NCBI RefSeq assembly: GCF_001194135.2
Contig: NC_068985.1
Coordinates: forward strand, 117,604,037 to 117,665,086
Source of the DNA: Octopus bimaculoides
Lineage: Eukaryota
Reading direction: 5' to 3'
DNA: 61,050 nucleotides
How positions within the stretch are numbered: the first letter of the stretch is position 1; each line of letters starts with the position of its first letter. Both the position numbers and the translations under genes were made by a program. Under the pieces are notes generated by a model. It saw only the letters and a list, made by a program, of their open reading frames with translations. It made no database searches and was not told the DNA's origin. This document shows positions 1-13,236 of the stretch, one piece after another.

Positions 1-532
1 ATATATATATATATATATATACATATATATATGTGTGTGTTTTCTGTGTGTGTGTGTGTATACATATTTGTATACATATGAGTGTCTATACACGTGTAAA
101 TGTAAGCATGTGTTTATTTATGTTAAACACATGATATTGCATATATAGTTATACATATTCATGTACATAATTAAATGACTTTTTTTATACCGCTAATATG
201 TATATATACATACGTAATGATGCATACATATATGTGTGTGTGTGTGTATACGTCTGCATGTACGTATGTATGTATGTATGTATGCATGTGTGTATAGCAC
301 ATGTGTGAACGAGCGTGTATGTGTGTGATCGTGCATGTATATTGTGTATTTACTTTGTGTGTGTATACACAACGACAAACAGACGTAGCATTCATACATA
401 TTGAATGTATTTTATACATTTATGACTGGCATTCAGTCACCATCAACAACAACAACAACAACATCTATACACCTAAGACTACTACCATCATCAGCACTAC
501 AATGACAACAGACACACACATACACACACATA

Positions 533-570
<38 letters not shown>

Positions 571-801
571 GGAGACAGAGATGGTTCATTAGTAATATAA
601 CTTTAATGTATTAATATAACGTTTGGGGATTCGTGCTAGCTTCAATAACAATGTCGAGTGAGGATTCTAGCAGCAACAACAACAACAACAACAGCATTAA
701 CAACATCATCGACATCATCATCATGCACTTCATATTATTTGCCTGTTTTGTCAACAACAATGAGAACTACTGCAATAATTATAGCAACAACAACAACAGC
801 A

Positions 802-862
<61 letters not shown>

Positions 863-2670
863 GAGACATGATTGTCTGAAGGAAAAGTAAAAAGAAAATG
901 CATACACTGCCCGGCACGAACACACGTTACAAACACAAACATACATACATACATACATATACAAATGTATGCAAGTTCAATACACTCAACACACATACAT
1001 GCAGTTATAGACGCGCATACATAAACTAGCATTTTCAAAAACAAACTGACAGCCAGCTGTACTCACACNNNNNNNNNNNNNNNNNNNNNNNNNNNNNNNN
1101 NNNNNNNNNNNNNNNNNNNNNNNNNNNNNNNNNNNNNNNNNNNNNNNNNNNNNNNNNNNNNNNNNNNNNNNNNNNNNNNNNNNNNNNNNNNNNNNNNNNN
1201 NNNNNNNNNNNNNNNNNNNNNNNNNNNNNNNNNNNNNNNNNNNNNNNNNNNNNNNNNNNNNNNNNNNNNNNNNNNNNNNNNNNNNNNNNNNNNNNNNNNN
1301 NNNNNNNNNNNNNNNNNNNNNNNNNNNNNNNNNNNNNNNNNNNNNNNNNNNNNNNNNNNNNNNNNNNNNNNNNNNNNNNNNNNNNNNNNNNNNNNNNNNN
1401 NNNNNNNNNNNNNNNNNNNNNNNNNNNNNNNNNNNNNNNNNNNNNNNNNNNNNNNNNNNNNNNNNNNNNNNNNNNNNNNNNNNNNNNNNNNNNNNNNNNN
1501 NNNNNNNNNNNNNNNNNNNNNNNNNNNNNNNNNNNNNNNNNNNNNNNNNNNNNNNNNNNNNNNNNNNNNNNNNNNNNNNNNNNNNNNNNNNNNNNNNNNN
1601 NNNNNNNNNNNNNNNNNNNNNNNNNNNNNNNNNNNNNNNNNNNNNNNNNNNNNNNNNNNNNNNNNNNNNNNNNNNNNNNNNNNNNNNNNNNNNNNNNNNN
1701 NNNNNNNNNNNNNNNNNNNNNNNNNNNNNNNNNNNNNNNNNNNNNNNNNNNNNNNNNNNNNNNNNNNNNNNNNNNNNNNNNNNNNNNNNNNNNNNNNNNN
1801 NNNNNNNNNNNNNNNNNNNNNNNNNNNNNNNNNNNNNNNNNCATTTATATTTATATATTTATATATTTATATATTTATTTGTAATAAATGTATATACATA
1901 TTTATGCCTATATATGTATATAGGCATGTATATATATATATATATATATATATGGAAACACATATATATCTATATGCATAAATACATATATGCGTGTACA
2001 TGCGCATGCTTGTACATTCGCTTCTTTATATATTTCCATATTTTTTATCACAGTCTATCATTTTTTTAAATCTCAAATTATCTTCCATTATCTCTTTATG
2101 TCTATCTTATCTGTTGTCTCCCTTATTTCAATCTTCTTTCTTTTTCAGTTTTTTTGATTTTGTTTTCGACTTTCGTTTGCGTTTCGTTTGCGTTTCTTTC
2201 TTTAATTATTCCTTTATTATTCTCCTTATTTTCATCTAATTTTGTTTTCTCTGTCTTCCTTATATTTTATTAAAATACCTTCTCTACAAATCTCATCTTT
2301 TGCGCTAATATCATTTATATTTTATTCATATACTTTATATATATNNNNNNNNNNACAGAAACACTATGCATATACACACATGTATGTATGAATGTATGTA
2401 TGCATGTATGAATTATGTAGTTAATTATTTTTTATGCAGTTTTATTCTGTTTTTGCAGTTTCATTGTGCTGCTTTCTTGTTTTTGTTTTTTGTCTTTTTG
2501 TTTTCTTATTTTCTGTTTGTATCTTGAAATGTAAAACGAACTGTTTCTCGGTTTATTATTGTCCTTGTTGTTGTTTTAATGTTTGTAATTCTACTTTTGG
2601 TTTCATTTTGCTTTGTTGCTGTGGTTGCAGTCTTGTATGTTTAATGTTGGTCATGTTTAAAGAAGTTGCT

Positions 2671-3230
2671 ATTCCGCACGAGGTCAACTTTGCCTTTCAT
2701 CTTCTCGCGGTCGATAAAATAAGTACCAGTCGAGTACTTGGGTTGATATAATCGACTTAGCCCCACCCACGATACTACTGGTCTTGTACCAAAATTTGAA
2801 ACTCGTATTTAAAGTTACCAATAGTCTACCGAGGTCGATTTTTGCCTTTCATCATTTCGGGTTTGATCGAATAATTACCAGTTGTTGTGTCGAGGCCCTC
2901 AAGCGAAGAAGTAGGGTCGCCCAAGACATATAAATAAAGGTAGTCTTGCCGTGGTAGGGGGTTGAGTAGCCGTCATGTAGCGGTTGAGTAGAGATCATCA
3001 AAAGGTGCTAGTTAGTAGTAGCTTGAGACATAACACCAGTCAAGCACTGGAGTTGATGTATTCAACATAGCCCCTTCCTCGAAATTACTGGCCTGTGCCA
3101 AGGTCGATTTTGCCTTTCGGTCTTTGGAATCGATAAAATAAGTACCAGCTGAATACTGGGGTCCGCTGTAATTGACTTAGCCCCCTCCTCTGAAGTTACT
3201 AGCATTTTTGCCAAAATTTGAAGCCCATAT
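2671..3230 (+). mobile_element. Three head-to-tail 5'-truncated copies of SINE family B
   Basis: Each copy starts at gaggtc(a/g)a(c/t)tttgcctttc (about 2680, 2831, 3101) and continues gataaaataagtaccag...ctggg..gat...aat(c/t)gacttagcccc...ccaaaatttgaa. This matches the 3' half of the intact copy at 21456. Confidence 0.85.
2883..3035. mobile_element. 153-bp solo-LTR-like insertion (TG...CA ends, 5-bp TSD CCAGT) inside a SINE
   Basis: CCAGT at 2878-2882 and 3036-3040 flanks TGTTGTGTC...GACATAACA (8/9 inverted match). The interrupted SINE sequence resumes exactly after the second CCAGT. Confidence 0.7.
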
Positions 3231-3231
3231 T

Positions 3232-3545
3232 GAAAGATATCCTTTTCTATTCTAGGCACAAAGCCAGAAGTTTTGGGGGGCGGGGCCAGTCGATTACATC
3301 TACCCCAGTACGCAACTGGCACTTAATTTATCGACCCCGAAATTAACGTGCAAGTTGCTTAGCGCTCCACTGGAACATATACCTTTGACGTAGTTTTCAG
3401 GGAGATTAAGTTTCGACTCAGAATATGACAAGGCTGGCTATTTAAATTACAGGTACGACTCATTTTTTGCTAGCTGAATGTACTGGAGCAACGTGGATTA
3501 AAGTGTATTGCTGAAGGACACAACGAACGACGGCGAATCGATACC
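3232..3545 (-). mobile_element. Adjacent minus-strand SINE fragments (family B 3' half, then family C body)
   Basis: 3232-3332 is the reverse complement of the family B tail. 3340-3545 is the reverse complement of the family C body seen at 51534-51867. Confidence 0.7.
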
Positions 3546-3827
3546 CACTAAGCCATTCACCATTTGTTAAATATTCAGCTAAAAAGGTATCCTATATATG
3601 TTCTCGTTTTGCTAGAGATATTAAAGAATTCCTTCAGTAAAGAGACCCTATTTTATTCAAAAGAGAAAAGCTCACTAGTTAATATAGTCAAAGTTATACT
3701 GGGATGGCATTTTCTATTTTCTTTAAATTCTTTCGTTTCATCATTTAAACCATTTTCAGTTTCTTATTTTGTGTATTTATTATTCCTTTCATCGTCGTCT
3801 TCTTCTCCTCTTCTTCTCCTTTTCCTC

Positions 3828-3859
<32 letters not shown>

Positions 3860-4124
3860 TATTTCTTCTTGACTACTACTTTTTACTTTTGTTTTCGACT
3901 TGTTCTTTTCCTCACCGTTTTGTTTTGTCTCTGTGTTTTTATATTCTTCTTCTTCTTTGTATCAACAATCCTTACTCCCATTGAGTACACTTTGTGATGC
4001 CTTGAACGTACAGAGACACTGCCCAACTTGTGTCATCTTCAGGAAGCGGGTCATAAAAGGGTCGTAACTGCAAACGCTGAGCAAGTGTGTTTATTGTAGT
4101 ATGTTGCTCAATGTAATATTTTAC

Positions 4125-4218
4125 TCAAGTACACGCAACGCACTACACGATCAGGGATCGAAACCACGATCTTGTTATCGGGAATGGAACACCCAAACCA
4201 CTGGGCCACACGCCTTCA
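4125..4218 (-). mobile_element. tRNA-derived SINE head (family C-like)
   Basis: The reverse complement reads gtgaaggcgtgtggcccagtggtt...gtggtttcgatccc, with A-box and B-box motifs. Confidence 0.7.
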
Positions 4219-4577
4219 CTCTCGCGATTGATTTACACTAAATATTCAACAGCAGGGTGGCGGTGAGAATACATAACTTTGGCCTGTTAGAGTAATCCTG
4301 GTATTTGTGACGGAATATCCGATTCATCCGAGGATTTTTTTCCTTTGCTTCGTTTTGGTTCGTTGCCGAAGTTTATTGTTATCACTGGCTTTTAATTATT
4401 TATCATGTTTCTTTCATCCATATTTGTTAAATTCCAGTTGCTGCACAATATCAATGAAACCATTGACACCAACTGGGACCAATAAAAGAAATCATTACTG
4501 TTATTATTCAGTAGATTTATTTTTATTGTGTGCTTCGGAGCCTGCATTCTCGCCGGGGTGGCGTCTTGAATTTTTAA

Positions 4578-4790
4578 GGCAACGAGCTTGTAGAATCGTA
4601 AAGCAGGTCGGACAAAGTGCTTTGCAGCATCTCGTTTCTACGTTCTGAGTTCAAAACACGCCGATGTAGACTTAGGTTTTCATACTTTTGGGGGCGATGA
4701 AATACGTACCAGTTGACCACACTGGGGTCGATTTAATCGATTGGGCTCTTCCCCTAAAAAGTTTCAGGCCTTGCACCTATAGTAGAAAGC
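4578..4790 (+). mobile_element. SINE family B, near full length, followed by a (TTA)n(TAG)n tail
   Basis: Colinear with 21456-21693 (gcaacgagcttgtagaatcgt...ttctgagttcaaa...gtaccagtt...ctggggtcgatttaatcga). Confidence 0.8.
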
Positions 4791-4906
<116 letters not shown>

Positions 4907-5448
4907 ATGATGGTGGTAGTGGCAGCAGTAGTAGCAGATGTATAAGCAACTTTGTTGCCAGTGAGAGGACGCAACGAGTATCACCCTGTGGAAGGATTTA
5001 CAACGCTTTTAACAAATGGCCTTGGAACGTTCAAATCACCACTGGAGCGGAGTAAGAAGAGGTGATGTACTTATACCGATTCTTCTCTAATATTGCTGTA
5101 ATATATAATTTAATATCACTTCTTCTTCAGGATTACAGGCAGAAGGCGCGAACTTTAACCGTTGTATTCGTGAAAACACTCCCAATTGATGTTTTGAAAG
5201 CACAACACACATTCAGTAAAATGAAAGTGAAAAACAAACAAGATGAAAATTAAACAATAAGTGTCATTTGGAAAATACAAAGAATAAAACATGACTATTT
5301 CAGAAAGTGACGTACTTGTAAACTCAGAATCTCGGCAATAAAATATGCACCAACACTAGCAACACTCCTTAAAAGAAAATATCTCGTTGCCTGAGAAATT
5401 CATCGGTGAAAGTTTGACGATAAACCACGGAGATAAATTCTATATATA

Positions 5449-6586
5449 CAAGGTGGCCCAAATGTCACTGAGGGGCTGAAATTTTTGGTAATTCTTTTAT
5501 TTTTTAACCTGTTCCTTTTTCTCAGGGATTTTATGGACTAGCTCCTGGAAATTAATTATGGAAAAATATGGCACCCCACAATGAATCGAAGTGGTGAAAT
5601 TGTTCTGTCAAAATCAGGGGTCAATTATTCAAACCCGAAGAGCATATGGTCGGCACTTTCAAATGAAAGATGCCTCAAGTGAAAACACAATTAGGAACTT
5701 AGTCTGTCGTTTTGAAATACAAGGGGCAGTAAGTGATTTCCCACGATCTGGAAACCTCGCACTATCAGAACCTATGAGGAAAGAGTGCGAAAGAGTGTTG
5801 AACAGAATCCGGGCACGTCGACTCGAATTTTTGATTTCATGAACTTCGCTGTAAAGAGTTCTCAGCAGGCTTAACATTTTCCCCATACAAGGTACAGTTA
5901 GTTCAACAGTTGGAGCCCCAGGACTATGAACACAGGCTCCAATACGTGGTCAGAATCCAGGAATTGGCACGATATGACCCAAATTGTACACAAAAATTGT
6001 TCATGTCTGATGAAGCTCACTTACATTTCAATGGGTTCATCAACAGACAAAATTGCCGGTTTGGGGGTTCTGAGAATCCGGGAGCAGTACACCAAAGAGA
6101 ATTGCACCCCATAAACTGTACAGTACGGTGTGAAATTACGGTGGATGAGATAATCGGGCAATATTTTTTTCATGAGAATGATGGGAATGCTGTCACTGGG
6201 ACTGGTGAACGAGAATGTGGTTGCTAAAATAAAGTTTTGGAGAAGGAATCATCTCTCGCTACTGTGATGTCAAATGGCCATCGCGTTTCCCAGAGGAGAC
6301 GGTTCATGTCAACAAACCAGAAACCCTGAAGTAATTGGAGAATATCACTAGAGCCTGAAGCCATTATAGCTGTCATGGAACATATTTTTGAAAAGGGCAC
6401 GGATTTGTGTAGCTGAAAATGGGCGCCATTTAAAAGATATCATTTTTCATATGTATTATGATGAAAAAAGGAGTAATGCAAATAAATCTCCATTATCTTC
6501 TCTACATTGGATTAAAAGTTTGAAGCCCTAATTGTACAAATAAGATACTCAAAACTAACACCCCTCAGCGACTTTAAATAGCTTGA
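5449..6586 (+). mobile_element. Decayed Tc1/mariner-superfamily transposon resembling the rosa/DD41D (Crmar2-like) group
   Basis: From ATG 5558: MEKYGTPQ*IEVVKLFCQNQGSIIQTRRAY...SENTIRNLV, then FPYKVQLVQQLEPQDY...MSDEAHLHFNGFINRQNCRF..ENP, IISRYCDVKWPSRFP and C-terminal VAENGRHLKDIIFHM*. Contains stops, frameshifts and two internal deletions. Degenerate TIR (gtcactgagggg vs cccctcagcgac at 6561). Confidence 0.85.
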
Positions 6587-6848
6587 TAATATACAGGCTA
6601 ATATATAGAGGGATGTGTGTTCTGTAGACATAGTCAGAGGGTATGTAAATATGTGGCTGGACTTAAAAACTAAGGGTGAGTTGAGTAGTCACGTAAAGGT
6701 GATGTGACATACAAAATAGATATGTCTTGCAAAATATTAGGAGACTTGGGTTTCGCGGTCATGAACAGTGATACGGACATTGAATCTTGTCTTGCTTCAA
6801 CACTGGGGCGCACTACAGGTAGATGGTGGTGAAAGAAGAAGAGTCATA

Positions 6849-7089
6849 TGAGGTTTGATCAATAAGTATCCGGTCTGTTGCTATAGTAACGAAGCTATAG
6901 TAACGAAGCTATAGTAACGAAGCTATAGTACGCAGAGTGGAACCGCTTAACAAAAATTGACCTTGAACTTTGTTGTGTATATTGCACTAAGTTTTAACCT
7001 GCTACTTTACTTCCGCTGGTTACAGTAGTGCTTGCAAGAAAGATGTGTAGGGTATGATCGTCACTACAATATTTATTGATCAGACCACG
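6849..7089 (+). mobile_element. 241-bp non-autonomous mariner derivative (MITE)
   Basis: TA-flanked. 21-bp TIRs tgaggtttgatcaataagtat / atatttattgatcagaccacg (17/21). Internal 14-bp tandem repeat. Confidence 0.8.
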
Positions 7090-7809
7090 TATAACATATG
7101 ATGGGGGAAAAAGTTCCATAAGCTTCCAAATCTTGATAAACATGGGATATGTAGGCTTTCCTAGAGATGGAAACTGCAAGTTGGTAGAATAAGCACAGAT
7201 GTTCTGAGAGTGTAGTTGGCATCTCCGAGCTCTGGATGAGTGAGGAGTTCGAAATTTCCAACTCTACCATTGTGAGAACCTACACATGCACCAACGACTT
7301 GGCATAAAAACTGAAACATAAACAAATTTTTAAATAACTACAAACGTTAACACCCATGTCTCAAATTTTTCATGTAAGAAACGACTGTTGCCAATACATA
7401 CACCCACTTCAAGGGATTGTTGTGCCTTGGCGAACCTGAAGAGTAACTTACTGGAATACGACTAAAGATAATATTTGTAACTGACACTAGTGTTTACATT
7501 ATATTACTCTGTATGTGTATCTCTGGATGTATTGATGTGTGCTTCTATGTTTGTGTATCTCGGGGGCACATTACTTTTGTAAATCCCGGCGCCTAAATAA
7601 CTGCATCATGAATTTTTAGTCTTATTCTATCTTTATACACTCACACAAATGCTTATTTACAAACACATAGAGAGCCACGTGCAGAAATGGATGTAAATGT
7701 CTACGTGCGCGTGTGGATGCCAGTATATATGTATATATATATATATATTTGTGTGTGTGTGTGTGTGCGTGTATGTGTGTCTTTATACATGCATGTATAT
7801 TTATATATA

Positions 7810-7840
<31 letters not shown>

Positions 7841-9011
7841 ATATGTATATATGTATATATNNNNNNNNNNNNNNNNNNNNNNNNNNNNNNNNNNNNNNNN
7901 NNNNNNNNNNNNNNNNNNNNNNNNNNNNNNNNNNNNNNNNNNNNNNNNNNNNNNNNNNNNNNNNNNNNNNNNNNNNNNNNNNNNNNNNNNNNNNNNNNNN
8001 NNNNNNNNNNNNNNNNNNNNNNNNNNNNNNNNNNNNNNNNNNNNNNNNNNNNNNNNNNNNNNNNNNNNNNNNNNNNNNNNNNNNNNNNNNNNNNNNNNNN
8101 NNNNNNNNNNNNNNNNNNNNNNNNNNNNNNNNNNNNNNNNNNNNNNNNNNNNNNNNNNNNNNNNNNNNNNNNNNNNNNNNNNNNNNNNNNNNNNNNNNNN
8201 NNNNNNNNNNNNNNNNNNNNNNNNNNNNNNNNNNNNNNNNNNNNNNNNNNNNNNNNNNNNNNNNNNNNNNNNNNNNNNNNNNNNNNNNNNNNNNNNNNNN
8301 NNNNNNNNNNNNNNNNNNNNNNNNNNNNNNNNNNNNNNNNNNNNNNNNNNNNNNNNNNNNNNNNNNNNNNNNNNNNNNNNNNNNNNNNNNNNNNNNNNNN
8401 NNNNNNNNNNNNNNNNNNNNNNNNNNNNNNNNNNNNNNNNNNNNNNNNNNNNNNNNNNNNNNNNNNNNNNNNNNNNNNNNNNNNNNNNNNNNNNNNNNNN
8501 NNNNNNNNNNNNNNNNNNNNNNNNNNNNNNNNNNNNNNNNNNNNNNNNNNNNNNNNNNNNNNNAGAATGGTTATATAAACCATTTGCTATTTGGGTACAG
8601 ACGTGATACTTCAAAGAAAACTTTCTGCGTCTTCGTTTCATTGGCCTCGTATTATTGTGTGTGTGTGTGTGCGCGCATGTGTGCGCGCATGTGTGCGCGT
8701 GTGAGAGAGAGTGTGTGTGCGTGTGTGTGTGTGTGCATTCTTATGAAAGTGAGAGAGAATGTGTGTATGTGCGTACGTGTGTGTTTGTGAGAGAGAGAGT
8801 GTGTGTGTGTGGGTGTGTGTGTGTGTGTGCGTGTGTATGTGTGTGTGTGTGTATACACGTATATATAAATGGACAACTAATATATAAGTACTGCATAATA
8901 TAGATATGCATCTATACGTAGTTATAGATATACCATGCGTATATGTGTATGTTATATGAATATATATGTGCATGTGTGTGTATAAATGTTTGTATGTATG
9001 ACATAAATACA

Positions 9012-9047
<36 letters not shown>

Positions 9048-9107
9048 GATACGCCCATACATGTAGCCAAGCAAATAGATAGACAGGCAGATAGATAGCT
9101 AGCTAGC

Positions 9108-9176
<69 letters not shown>

Positions 9177-9192
9177 TGATAGATAGATAGAT
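9108..9192. repeat. (GATA)n tetranucleotide microsatellite
   Basis: Directly visible. Confidence 0.97.
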
Positions 9193-9499
9193 ATGGATAT
9201 ACAAGCATCTGTGCAGTCTGTCGCGACTTCATTTTATACACAGATAAGTTGTTTAAATCTGTGTATTTCATACGGTGTTATCAAAAACCTATAGATGTAT
9301 TCTATCGTACACAATAGAATTTTACAAACCTCAGGTAACCCAAAATAATTTATCTAACTCTCTATCAAAAATGCAATACTCATATATTTACGCAAACCCA
9401 TAATAACAGCTCGATCTTAGCGTCCATAATCCAATACATGATTGATGCGGGACCCTCTTTTCCCTCTATTTTCTGCCCACGAAGATATTCTATATAAAT

Positions 9500-9606
9500 A
9501 TATGCCTTTCGTGTTGATAGATAAGTACCAGTCGAGTACTGGGTTGATGTAATTGACTTACTCCCTCCTCCGAAATGGCTGGCTTTGTGCCTGAATTTGA
9601 AACTAA
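9500..9606 (+). mobile_element. SINE family B 3' fragment
   Basis: tgcctttcg..gatagataagtaccagtcgagtactggg..gatgtaattgactta...aatttgaaac. Confidence 0.75.
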
Positions 9607-9659
9607 TATATCTAAATATGTGTGTGAGAGAGAGTCAGTGAGTGAGAGAGAGAGAGAGG

Positions 9660-9703
<44 letters not shown>

Positions 9704-10672
9704 ACAGATCAGATCCAGAGATGTTCAATATATAAAACTCTTTGTAACGTTCAAATGATTTGAGATCACAGTCAGAAAACTTTACCGAGAACCCTGTCTG
9801 TGGAGTAAGGAGTGGCCATAAGAGGAATCCCGGGGGACCAGATATGGAGATAATGATGCAAATAAAGTAATCAAACCGCTTTCACTGGATATATAAAATA
9901 TACATACGGATATACATGTAAATAGCGACTAAGCAAAGAATGAAAATTTTCAGATGATGAATATTCATGTATAAATATATCGATATTTATATATCAACAG
10001 AGCTGATTTACAAAGGGTACACCTTTACAAAGTGTACAAAGACACAAAAAACTAGCGGGAGCTGTTTTTTGTTCTTTGTACTCTGTGTAAATCTGCTATT
10101 TTAGTATATAAACATCTATATATTTATGTATGAATATTCATCAGGTGAAATTTTTCAACCTTTGTTTCTCACTATTTACATGTGCATACGTATGTATATT
10201 TTATATATCTAACCCAAAGGTATTATTTGTTTNNNNNNNNNNNNNNNNNNNNNNNNNNNNNNNNNNNNNNNNNNNNNNNNNNNNNNNNNNNNNNNNNNNN
10301 NNNNNNNNNNNNNNNNNNNNNNNNNNNNNNNNNNNNNNNNNNNNNNNNNNNNNNNNNNNNNNNNNNNNNNNNNNNNNNNNNNNNNNNNNNNNNNNNNNNN
10401 NNNNNNNNNNNNNNNNNNNNNNNNNNNNNNNNNNNNNNNNNNNNNNNNNNNNNNNNNNNNNNNNNNNNNNNNNNNNNNNNNNNNNNNNNNNNNNNNNNNN
10501 NNNNNNNNNNNNNNNNNNNNNNNNNNNNNNNNNNNNNNNNNNNNNNNNNNNNNNNNNNNNNNNNNNNNNNNNNNNNNNNNNNNNNNNNNNNNNNNNNNNN
10601 NNNNNNNNNNNNNNTATATATATATACATGTATGTATGTATTTATGTATATAAGCATCATGGTATGTACGTA

Positions 10673-11670
10673 CAGGGTTGGAAAAATAATGGAAAACTCA
10701 GTGCTTATTATACTGTATTTTCTAATGAAGTTTATTCGTTTATAGCAATTTAGATTGCTTGCTAGTGCTGACATCTAGCGCCTATAATGTAATAAGTTTA
10801 TATAACATCTTTTTCTGATAATTATATTTATATGTAATAAATTGTGTGACCTTACTGATTTTTCTAAGTGGGGAAACCTGTTGGAGCTCGGATGGCTGGA
10901 GCCTCAGTTACTAAAACTGTGGTAATATTCTATGTTTCAAGAAGCATTGTCTCTAAGATTATGACAGCATTCCAAAAGCAAGGGAAACGGAACACCGAAA
11001 CGCATAATTCTGGTCGGAAGCCATTACTCTCAGGATGTGACTGTAGAGCATTGATACGCATTGTTTCCAAAAATCTTATGAATTACTACAACGAGTGTGA
11101 CTTCAGAGATAAACCAACATCTTGCAAACTCAATCTCGACCAAAACCGTTCGTCGCAAGCTCCATAATGCTGGATATCATGTGAGAGCTTTAATTGCATA
11201 ACATCTCTCTTCCGTAAATCAATAAGAGGAGGCGATTAAAATGGCATAAAGATCATCAGAAGAGACTAATGGATCAATGGAAGAAGTTATCTTCTCGGAT
11301 GAATCGTCTTTCCCGCTTTTCTGAAGTTCGTTACGAGTTTACGTCTGGAGGCAACCCAAGGAAACCTATCATTAAGGCTGCTTGACTCCCGTTACGTATG
11401 GAGATTGGTTTGTGATGATTTGGGCAGGAATATAGTGGAATTCACTTGATCTTGAAGCTGTACTTCATGGCAGGGTAAACTCACAGATATATTTACAAAT
11501 TTTGGTCGACCAAATCCATCCTACGATGCAAGCTTTATTTCCTAGCGGCGAAGCAATCTTTCAAACAATGATGTGTCAATCCACACTGCTACAGAGGTGG
11601 GGTCAAAATTAGTTTCAAGAACACAAAATTGAAGTCGGACACTTAAACTGGCCAGTACAATCACCATTCT
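10673..11670 (+). mobile_element. Decayed, 3'-truncated Tc1-like (DD34E-type) transposon
   Basis: TA followed by CAGGGTTGGAAAAATAATGGAAA terminus. Translation pieces: VGARMAGASVTKT...HNSGRKP, KKVIFSDESSF, VYVWRQPKE, QIHPTMQALFPSG, HLNWPVQSP. The sequence stops before the final catalytic E. Confidence 0.9.
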
Positions 11671-11826
11671 AATACACTAGGTTACGAGAAGATGGATTTG
11701 ATATTAAACTTTATTCTGTACAACGGCATGCAACATCACGAGCATTTTCGTCTGGCGACTATATCAATTATTAACATATACATATATATATATGTATGTA
11801 TAAATATATATATATGTATATATATA

Positions 11827-11873
<47 letters not shown>

Positions 11874-11883
11874 NNNNNNNNNN

Positions 11884-12030
11884 AAAAAAAACAAAAGACG
11901 AAGACAAGTGGTGCAGAGAACAAACAGATGTATTAGTTTCACGCTCGGGAAGTGAAAAAGTATTCAACGTTTCGCGCCTACGCTCTTCCACATAAAGGAA
12001 CACTGAAGGAAAATAAGGAATATAGACAGA
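11884..12030 (-). mobile_element. Penelope-like terminal-repeat fragment with degenerate hammerhead-like motif (copy 1)
   Basis: Clearly similar (roughly 80% by eye) to 28645-28830. Minus strand reads ATGTGGAA GAGC GTAG GCGC GAAACGT. Confidence 0.6.
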
Positions 12031-12877
12031 AAGGAGACAAGAGAGGGAAAAAATAATAAATAAAGCAGACGCAAACAGCGTAATACACGCACAATAGACA
12101 TATATGCACATACCTGTGGTAAAGAGAGATAAATAAATATTTAAAAGATAAATAAGACAAAATAAATCAATAAATAAATATATTTGTTACATAGCTGTGA
12201 TAAATATAAGAAATAGAGATGGATGAAAAAATAAAAAATACATCTATATAAAGGGCATGGATACAAACAACATGAGAAGCGAATCCATATAGGCACACAA
12301 ACAAATACACAAAATAACTTCACAGACGGCTGAAACAATATCAACAACACGAATAACAACGACAGCAGCAGCAGCGGTGACAACGATGGCAGTAACAACA
12401 ACTACCACGATGGCAACATCGTGGGCGAACACACAAACACAGAGAGATACAGGAACTGTGCCAAATTTTGAGGTCCTAGGACATCGGCAGCTGCACAACG
12501 GTGAGAGAGGATGGGGCTGAGAGGAAGACCATACTGTTGCTAAGAATAATGACACACACATACACACATATAGACACACACACAGAAACACGGACGCAAA
12601 CACATGCGCACATAAGGATGTACATCATAGAAGAGCAGAATAAAGTAAGTGAAGCAAGAGCACACACGAAAACGAAAAGTGTCGCTGAAGAGGTCACAGA
12701 TGTGTGAACGAAAGATTTCTGGACAATGGACATGAGTTAGAATAAGAACAGTAATAAATGAGTGAAGACGAATATATAGTGCGTGTGTTTACATGGTCAA
12801 AAAAAATTAAAATATACAAAAATATAATGACCATCCCGAAATACAAAACACACACACTACGGCACTACAGGCATCCT

Positions 12878-13015
12878 CACAGATTCCGTCTACCAAATTC
12901 ACTCACAAGGCATCGGTTGGAGAAGAGCTATAGTAGAAGAAACTTTCCCAATGTGCCGCACAGAACGACTGAACCTCAAACCACACGGGTGCAAAGCGAG
13001 CTTCCTAACCAAGTT
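12878..13015 (-). mobile_element. SINE family A (CORE-like) 5' half
   Basis: Reverse complement of the head, core and gccttgtgagtgaatttggtagacggaa segment. Confidence 0.75.
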
Positions 13016-13186
13016 TGTACAAACCCATTTGCGCGCATACGCGATTACACCAAACCTCACACAACCCCAACCACACTCGTATAAAAGTGATGAATATATG
13101 TATGTTTGTGTGTGTATGTGTGTGTGTATGTATATATGTATGTATACATACGTACAGTATAGACACATGCACACACACACACAAAC

Positions 13187-13236
<50 letters not shown>

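Noticed and set aside
3769-3984. Poly-His / poly-Ser ORFs
   Set aside because: A (CAT)n microsatellite within a pyrimidine-rich tract.
7100-7330. Possible decayed CR1 or Penelope C-terminal fragment
   Set aside because: Weak resemblance to different families on opposite strands; I could not assign it with confidence.
12340-12760. GC-richer stretch with 60-120 aa ORFs and possible splice sites
   Set aside because: Built largely of degenerate AAC/AGC and CA repeats; no frame gives a recognisable protein, and acceptor and donor pairs are inconsistent.
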